Source of the DNA: Thermoleophilia bacterium UBA6103 | GTDB lineage: Bacteria > Actinomycetota > Thermoleophilia > UBA2241 | Assembly (NCBI GenBank): GCA_002423545.1 | Contig: DIWP01000001.1 | Location: 25,171 to 89,170 of the forward strand | DNA: 64,000 bases | Direction: 5' to 3' | Shown: positions 58,565 to 64,000 of the stretch, in pieces | How positions within the stretch are numbered: position 1 is the stretch's first letter | Layout of the letters: each line of letters opens with the position of its first letter | Notes under the pieces: model-generated | The model's database searches: none | The model's input: only the letters and a program-made list of their open reading frames with translations | What the model was told of the DNA's origin: nothing | Program-made: the position numbers and the translations under genes

Positions 58565-60163
58565 TCACGATGCTGAGCCGCGCGTCCGTAGTCGTTGCGC
58601 CAGGTCCAGCTCAGGGTCGGTGCGCAGCTCGTCGGCGGTCGGCAGACTGTCGCGGCGCATCAGCTCGGCGAAGGCGGCGATCTGCGTGTCGCGGGTGCCC
58701 AGGATGCCGCACGGACGGTCGCTCGCGGCTCCGCCCGGGAAGTAGTAGACGAGGAAGTCGCGGTCCTGTGGCCGGCCGGCGATGATCGCGCCGGCGGGAT
58801 CGCCGGCGTAGCCGGCGTAGCCCAGGCGGGTGTCGTACTGCTGCGTCCAGAAGAACGGTACTCCTGCGAAGGGCGCGCCGCGGCCGGCGATGTCGAAGGC
58901 GGCGGCGCGCCCGTGCTGCAGCGCCAGCCGCCAGTGCTCGATGCGGACCCGCAGGCCGGTGTGCGCGGCCGGCCAGGCGGCGATGTCGCCGGCCGCCCAG
59001 ACGCCCGGCGCCACGCGCAGGTGCGCGTCGACGCTGAGCGCGCCGTCGGAGAGCGTCAGTGCGCCGTCGACGAAGCCGGTGGCCGGCTGTACGCCGATGC
59101 CGACGACGACGATGTCGGCCGGCAACTCGCTGCCGTCGTCCAGTGTCACGCCGTGTACCCGGCCGTCGCCGTCCAGGGCGGTGACCGTACGGCCGAGACG
59201 GAAGCCGACGCCGTGCTCTTCATGCAGCGTTCGCAGCGCGGTGCCGACGCCGGGTCCGAAGAGCCGCGCGAACGGGACCTCCTCGAGCGCCACCACGGTG
59301 ACGTCGAGGTCGCGGTGGCGCAGGCTCGCCGCGACCTCCAGCCCGATGAAGCTGGCGCCGATCACCACGGCCGAGCGTGCCCCCTCCAGCGCCGCCACGA
59401 TCGACTCGCAGTCATCCCACGAGCGCAGCGTGAAGACCCCGTCGAGCTCGGCGCCGGGTACGCTGAGTCGCCGCGGTGCACCACCGGGCGCCAGAAGCAG
59501 AGCGTCGCCGGTCAGCACGACGCCGTCTTCGAGCGTGAGGGTCCTGCTCCGGACGTCTGCGGCAGTCACTCGACCGTGCAGACGCTCGATGCCGCGCTTC
59601 TCGTAGAAGGCGGCCGAGCGCAGCGGCATCCATGACGCGGGCATGGCGCCGGAGAGCAGGTCCTTGCTGCAGTTGGGCCGGTCGTAGGGCAGCCGGTCTT
59701 CGGCGCTGATCATGACGATTCGACCGGCGAAGCCGGCCTGCCGCAGCGCTTCCGCAGCGCCGGCGCCGGCCGCTCCGGCGCCGAGGATGAGCACCGTACG
59801 CCGGTCGGCTTGAAGGTCGAGGTCGGTCATCGGCATCGCCCGCGTGCCGCGGTCGTCATCGGGCACCGTCACGTAGACGTCGTCGCCGTCTCTCCGGACC
59901 TGATAGCTCGGCAGACCGAAGAACGAGGGCGGTTCCAGCAGGTCGCCGTCCTCGGCGGAGAAGACTGCCTGGTGCCAGGGGCACACGAGCCGCTCGCCGT
60001 CGAGTACGCCGAGTTCCAGAGGCCCGTGGTAGTGCGGGCACTGTGCGGGGTAGGCGTGAAAGCCGGTAGCAGTCTTGACGAGCAGGCAGGACCGGTCCCC
60101 GACGGCGACCTTCCGCATGGTCCCGACGGCGAGGTCGTGGACTCCGGCGACGCGAGCTTCCAT
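58565..60163 (-). CDS. Rieske [2Fe-2S] domain fused to FAD/NAD(P)-dependent pyridine-nucleotide-disulfide (ferredoxin-reductase-like) oxidoreductase
   Basis: Start MEARVAGVHDL with GGAGG RBS. Rieske CPHYHGPL...CPWH; then ILGAGAAGAGAAEAL (FAD) and VIGASFIGLEVAASL (NAD) Rossmann motifs. Confidence 0.8.
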   Translation of the reverse strand: MEARVAGVHDLAVGTMRKVAVGDRSCLLVKTATGFHAYPAQCPHYHGPLELGVLDGERLVCPWHQAVFSAEDGDLLEPPSFFGLPSYQVRRDGDDVYVTVPDDDRGTRAMPMTDLDLQADRRTVLILGAGAAGAGAAEALRQAGFAGRIVMISAEDRLPYDRPNCSKDLLSGAMPASWMPLRSAAFYEKRGIERLHGRVTAADVRSRTLTLEDGVVLTGDALLLAPGGAPRRLSVPGAELDGVFTLRSWDDCESIVAALEGARSAVVIGASFIGLEVAASLRHRDLDVTVVALEEVPFARLFGPGVGTALRTLHEEHGVGFRLGRTVTALDGDGRVHGVTLDDGSELPADIVVVGIGVQPATGFVDGALTLSDGALSVDAHLRVAPGVWAAGDIAAWPAAHTGLRVRIEHWRLALQHGRAAAFDIAGRGAPFAGVPFFWTQQYDTRLGYAGYAGDPAGAIIAGRPQDRDFLVYYFPGGAASDRPCGILGTRDTQIAAFAELMRRDSLPTADELRTDPELDLAQRLRTRGSAS

Positions 60164-60354
60164 GGTGTCCTCCACAGACTCGGCGGCTGGTCTTGCCGCC
60201 ATCCTATCGGATGGTCGCAGGCGTTCTGGTCCGTAGAGCTCGCCTGCGACCCCCCCGGCATGTCGTCGGTCTGCCCAGGGTCGTCCACAGCCGCGCGTCC
60301 GGAGTGGGGCCGCGGTGCGCCGAGGCCGCCGCGGGACCCTCGTGGCAGGCCGAG

Positions 60355-61218
60355 CTACGGTGTGCCGGTGGGGTCCGCGAGGTCGACAAGGAAATCGTCG
60401 ACTGCGCGACGAAACGGGACCGGAGCGCTCCACATGAGCGGATGGGCGCCCTCCGGCCAGAGGAACAGCCGGCAGTCGGGGACCGTGAGGGCCATCTCTT
60501 CGAGTCGCGCTCCCAGGTCGCCTATCACGTCGTCCTCCAGAGAGCCGCTCAGGAGCACCGGACAGCGGACCTGGTCCAGGTGTCCGCCGAAGGGGTCATG
60601 GTCCCCGTCCCGGACCAGCCGTTCAAGAAAGTCCGTGTCGGCCTCTATCACAGCCGGCCAGTCGGGACCGTGAGCCCTCCGCCAGAACCACGTCAGCGAC
60701 TGCCTGCGCATGAAGCCTCCGAGTGAGTCCGCCGATCGCGGATGCTGGACGGCGGCCGACTCGTCGCGTCGTCTGTCGAGAAGCTCCCGGCGGGCAGCGA
60801 TCTGCGCGCGGAGGTCGGCCGTCCGAAGCTGTGGCGGGCAGCTGTCGGCAACGACGCCCGTGACCAGATCGGACCGCTCGAGTGCCAGCAGGAGCGCGAC
60901 GATGCCGCCGCCGCTGCTGCCCACCAGGACGGCGGGGCCGAGGTCGAGGCGCTCCATCAGCGCGGCGACCACGCCGGCGGTGAGCATCCACCAGTCGGCG
61001 GGCCAGACGGTCAGCCGCGCGGAGCGCCCGGTGCCGGGTGGGTCGAGGGCAAGGCAGCGGAAGCGATGCCCAAAGTAGCGCAGCTCGGAGCCGAGATTGG
61101 CGGACGACGCCGTGTTGCCCGGCAGGAAGATGAGCGCCGGACGACCGCCGGCGGCTCGCCGTGGCGGCCGTTCCTCGCGGTAGTAGATGTGGAGTCCGTG
61201 GTGGATGAGCGTCGGCAT
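60355..61218 (-). CDS. alpha/beta-fold hydrolase
   Basis: LVGSSGGGIVAL (GxSxG nucleophile elbow), ALIFLPGN, C-terminal EGAHPLMW (catalytic His). Confidence 0.75.
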   Translation of the reverse strand: MPTLIHHGLHIYYREERPPRRAAGGRPALIFLPGNTASSANLGSELRYFGHRFRCLALDPPGTGRSARLTVWPADWWMLTAGVVAALMERLDLGPAVLVGSSGGGIVALLLALERSDLVTGVVADSCPPQLRTADLRAQIAARRELLDRRRDESAAVQHPRSADSLGGFMRRQSLTWFWRRAHGPDWPAVIEADTDFLERLVRDGDHDPFGGHLDQVRCPVLLSGSLEDDVIGDLGARLEEMALTVPDCRLFLWPEGAHPLMWSAPVPFRRAVDDFLVDLADPTGTP

Positions 61219-61366
61219 GCGGCTTTCCCGTCATCCTACAATGCCGGACCTCTTCAAGCGGTACCCCCGGGACCATGCGATCGCACGAACGGCGTCCGCT
61301 GCCGGAACGTCATCGGGGAAGGGGGATCGCCGTCCGTGACGGTCCGACTGTCGCTGCCCGGGAGGC

Positions 61367-61870
61367 TCAGATGAGGAACAGGGCGCCGAACAGGTGGTAG
61401 GCCACGATGGCGGCGAAGAGGCCGAGCGTGAGCAGTGCGACGCCGAGCATGGACCGGTAGCGGCGCAGCAGGTACACGAGCACGGAGACGCCGGCGACAA
61501 GAGCGATCTTGACGATCACCGCCTGTGCCGGGTCGTCGGCGATGAGGGTGCGCATGAGGGGGTTGACCTCGATGGCGCCCTGCTCAAGCGCGCGGAGCGT
61601 GAAGGCCAGATCGAGGATGCTCAGAAGGTTCGCCAGCGCAAGGAGCAGGACCAGCGCCAGAGGGTTGTCGCGCAGAAAGACGAGCGTACCCTCCCACGCC
61701 GAGCCGACCCGTGAGGTCGACCGATGACGGCGGTCGAAGCCGGTGCGTCGCTCGCGCCAGACCCAGGTGCGACGGCTTCGTCGGTCCTCGGCTCGACGCT
61801 CGAGCGATGTCCGTCCTGGTACCCCTGTGTCCATGTCCCGTCCGCTTCTGTGGAGGTGCTCCACGTTCAC
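61367..61870 (-). CDS. hypothetical membrane protein with Arg-rich N-terminus
   Basis: GTG start; N-terminal RRAEDRRSRRTWVWRERRTGFDRRHR followed by 3-4 TM helices. Confidence 0.45.
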   Translation of the reverse strand: MNVEHLHRSGRDMDTGVPGRTSLERRAEDRRSRRTWVWRERRTGFDRRHRSTSRVGSAWEGTLVFLRDNPLALVLLLALANLLSILDLAFTLRALEQGAIEVNPLMRTLIADDPAQAVIVKIALVAGVSVLVYLLRRYRSMLGVALLTLGLFAAIVAYHLFGALFLI

Positions 61871-61994
61871 GCCTGATGCCTGGGGCTTTCCCGCGGCACA
61901 CCGCCGGCAATCCTATGGGGGCGCCGAGGCCTGTACAATCGCGTCGGCGTCGTGCGCGTCGCCTGCCTGGACAACACGCGGAGGGAGCGTACGC

Positions 61995-63836
61995 ATGAGG
62001 CTCAGACCGCCATCGGGAGTGTCGGTGCATATCGCGCGCGTGGCGCTGGCTGTGATGATCACGGCGACCATCCTGCTCGGAGTGGCTTCGTCCGCCTCGG
62101 CCAAGAGCTACTCGATCGACGACGTCTCGATCGATGCACGCGTGCTCGAGGACGGGGCCATGGTCGTGAGCGAACGCCGTACCATGAGCTTCAACGGCGA
62201 TTTCACCCGTGTGTTCTGGTATCTGGACAAGACGGGGTCCCAGGGTATCGAGGTCACGCAGGTGCTGGGACCCGATGGTGAGCCGCTGCAGTGGACCGAC
62301 GAGCCCTGGGCGCGACCGGCCGGCACGTACAACGTCACCGATGAAGGGTCGCGCCTGTTCGTCCAGGCGTTCTGGCGCTACAGCGACACCACCGTGCAGC
62401 TCACCCTCGACTATCGGGCGCTCGGCGCCGCCCGGCGCTGGCAGGACACGGCCGAGCTCTACTGGCAGTTCGTCGGCACCGGCTGGGACGTGCCCACCGA
62501 CCGCGTCGGCATCCTCATCACGCTGCCGGAGGGCGTCACCCGCAAGGAGGTACGGGCCTGGGGCCATGGACCGCTCAGCGGGCTGGTCACGCGTGAGCCC
62601 GACGGGACGGTGCGACTCACCGTCGTCGACTTGCCGCCCGAGACCTTCGTCGAGGCGCGGGTGCTGTTCCCGGCGGCGGCTCTGTCCGAGGCCCCGGAGG
62701 CCGGCGGTCCGCGCCTGGCGGCGGTGCTGGCGGAGGAGCAGCGCTGGGCCGACGAGGCCAACCGCATCCGCCGCAACCGCCGGCTGCAGCAGGCCGCAGG
62801 CTGGGTCCTGGGGCTGGGCTTCCCGGCGGCCGCTCTCGTCGTCGCCCTCGTGCTCTTCTTCCGCTACGGCCGGGAGCACCGCGCCGGCTTCACCGGGCAG
62901 TACTACCGCGAGCTGCCCGACCCCGATCTGCCGCCGGCCGTGGTCGGGGCGCTCTGGCGCATGGGCACGGTCACCAACGCCGATGTCTCGGCGACCATCC
63001 TCGATCTCGCCGACCGCGGCGTGGTGACCGTCTCACAGGTGGTCCGCCAGAAGCGCGGCCTCTTCGGCAGCAAGGACGACGAGACCTACGAGATCGTCTG
63101 GGACCGTGAGAAAGATGCGAACCTGCGCGGTATCGAAAGCAAGCTGCTGAGGCTCATCTTCGACGATCTGGCCAAGGGCGATCGGATCGGCATCGACGAG
63201 CTGCGCGACCGGGCCAAGAAGCAGCGCTCGACGTTCAGCCAGGGGATGAAGAGCTGGCGCGAGGCTGTCGCCGCGTATGCCAAGGATCGGGGCTTTCTCG
63301 AGAAGACCGGCGGTCGCGCGATGGGCGTGACCATGACGCTGGGCATCCTGTCGATCGCCGCCGGCGTCTTCGGCTTCATGCTGGCCGAGAGCCTCTGGCC
63401 GCTCGCCGGTGCTGCGGTGGGCGGCATCGTGGCGGCTCTGGCCCCCGCCATGCGCCGCCGCTCACCCCAGGCGAACGAGCTGTACGCCAGATACAAGGGA
63501 CTGCGCAACTACATGCGCGACTTCGGACGCATGGACGAGAAGCCGCCGACCTCGGTCGTCCTCTGGGAGCACTTCCTTGTCCTGGCTGTGGTGTTCGGCA
63601 TCGCCGACGAGGTCATCAAGAGCCTGGAGGTCAAGGCGCCTGAGGTCGTGCGTGACGCCGGCTTCGCGACGACCCATTACTGGGTGGCGGGCGGCTCCCA
63701 CTCACCTCTGGGCTCGTTCAGCACCGGCTTCTCCGCCGCGGTGGGAGCCACGTCGTCGTCGGGCAGCGGCGGCGGGGGCGGCTTCTCAGGCGGCGGTGGG
63801 GGCGGCGGCGGCGGTGGTGGCGGCGGCGCCGACTGA
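61995..63836 (+). CDS. DUF2207-family membrane protein with poly-glycine C-terminal tail
   Basis: Start MRLRPPSGVSVHIARVALAVMITATILL (signal/TM) with GGAGGGAG RBS. Large extracytoplasmic domain, then TM helices, ending ...SSGSGGGGGFSGGGGGGGGGGGGGAD. Confidence 0.65.
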   Translation: MRLRPPSGVSVHIARVALAVMITATILLGVASSASAKSYSIDDVSIDARVLEDGAMVVSERRTMSFNGDFTRVFWYLDKTGSQGIEVTQVLGPDGEPLQWTDEPWARPAGTYNVTDEGSRLFVQAFWRYSDTTVQLTLDYRALGAARRWQDTAELYWQFVGTGWDVPTDRVGILITLPEGVTRKEVRAWGHGPLSGLVTREPDGTVRLTVVDLPPETFVEARVLFPAAALSEAPEAGGPRLAAVLAEEQRWADEANRIRRNRRLQQAAGWVLGLGFPAAALVVALVLFFRYGREHRAGFTGQYYRELPDPDLPPAVVGALWRMGTVTNADVSATILDLADRGVVTVSQVVRQKRGLFGSKDDETYEIVWDREKDANLRGIESKLLRLIFDDLAKGDRIGIDELRDRAKKQRSTFSQGMKSWREAVAAYAKDRGFLEKTGGRAMGVTMTLGILSIAAGVFGFMLAESLWPLAGAAVGGIVAALAPAMRRRSPQANELYARYKGLRNYMRDFGRMDEKPPTSVVLWEHFLVLAVVFGIADEVIKSLEVKAPEVVRDAGFATTHYWVAGGSHSPLGSFSTGFSAAVGATSSSGSGGGGGFSGGGGGGGGGGGGGAD

Positions 63837-64000
63837 CGACCGGCCCCCGCCGGTCAGTCGCGAGGGCCGTGCGCGGATCCTGACCGGCACGTGCGTCCCG
63901 GCGTCGTCGATGTGGCCGGTTGGGACGGTGGTCAGAAGCCTCCGACCCGTCGCACGGCGCGTGGGATGGTCGTGAGAAAGGCGACGCAGCAGACCGCGGT

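Overview
High-GC (~70%) bacterial chromosomal window, probably actinobacterial or Chloroflexi-like, with about 60 protein genes and no rRNA, tRNA, CRISPR or transposase that I could see. The most coherent system is a cobalamin-riboswitch-controlled minus-strand operon (~7815 down to 1). It begins with a B12 riboswitch (7640-7812) and an intrinsic terminator (7545-7583). It then encodes two secreted DUF4430-like (transcobalamin-beta-like) proteins, an ECF-transporter T component, a fused double ATPase (EcfA1-A2), an ECF S component, a secreted prenyltransferase/squalene-cyclase-repeat protein, and the 5' part of cobO/btuR (corrinoid adenosyltransferase, truncated at the window edge). I read this as a corrinoid-salvage ECF importer with three extracellular accessory proteins, most of them uncharacterised. 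A second candidate system is a tight three-gene operon (45830-51055): a radical-SAM/SPASM enzyme carrying a C-terminal 4-TM membrane domain, a two-domain (possibly V4R-like N-domain + GMC-type) flavoprotein, and an MFS transporter, bracketed by msrA and msrB. The rest includes MBL hydrolases, an MMPL (RND) transporter, a YihY-family protein and two paralogous EntS-like MFS transporters. There is also an overlapping heterodimeric ABC exporter pair, divergent from an ECF sigma/anti-sigma pair that is translationally coupled to a FAS-II operon (fabZ-fabH-fabD-fabG-fabF-accD-accA, no acpP). Further genes are a lipoprotein, an ABC-2 transporter, a YyaL thioredoxin protein plus monothiol Grx-like protein, a SAM methyltransferase, pirin, a TipAL-like MerR regulator with a 19-bp-spacer promoter, rsgA, tag, an FAD oxidoreductase, an FrhB-like Fe-S flavoprotein, ketopantoate-reductase-like, metallophosphoesterase, CDF transporter, GyrI-like, agmatine deiminase, a Rieske-FAD reductase fusion, an alpha/beta hydrolase and a DUF2207 membrane protein. 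Many very long ORFs in the six-frame track (for example 45253-49605 and 358-2826) are high-GC read-through artefacts spanning several real genes. Gene starts were chosen from homology-expected N-termini, RBS presence and third-position GC. Coordinates follow the ORF-track frame.
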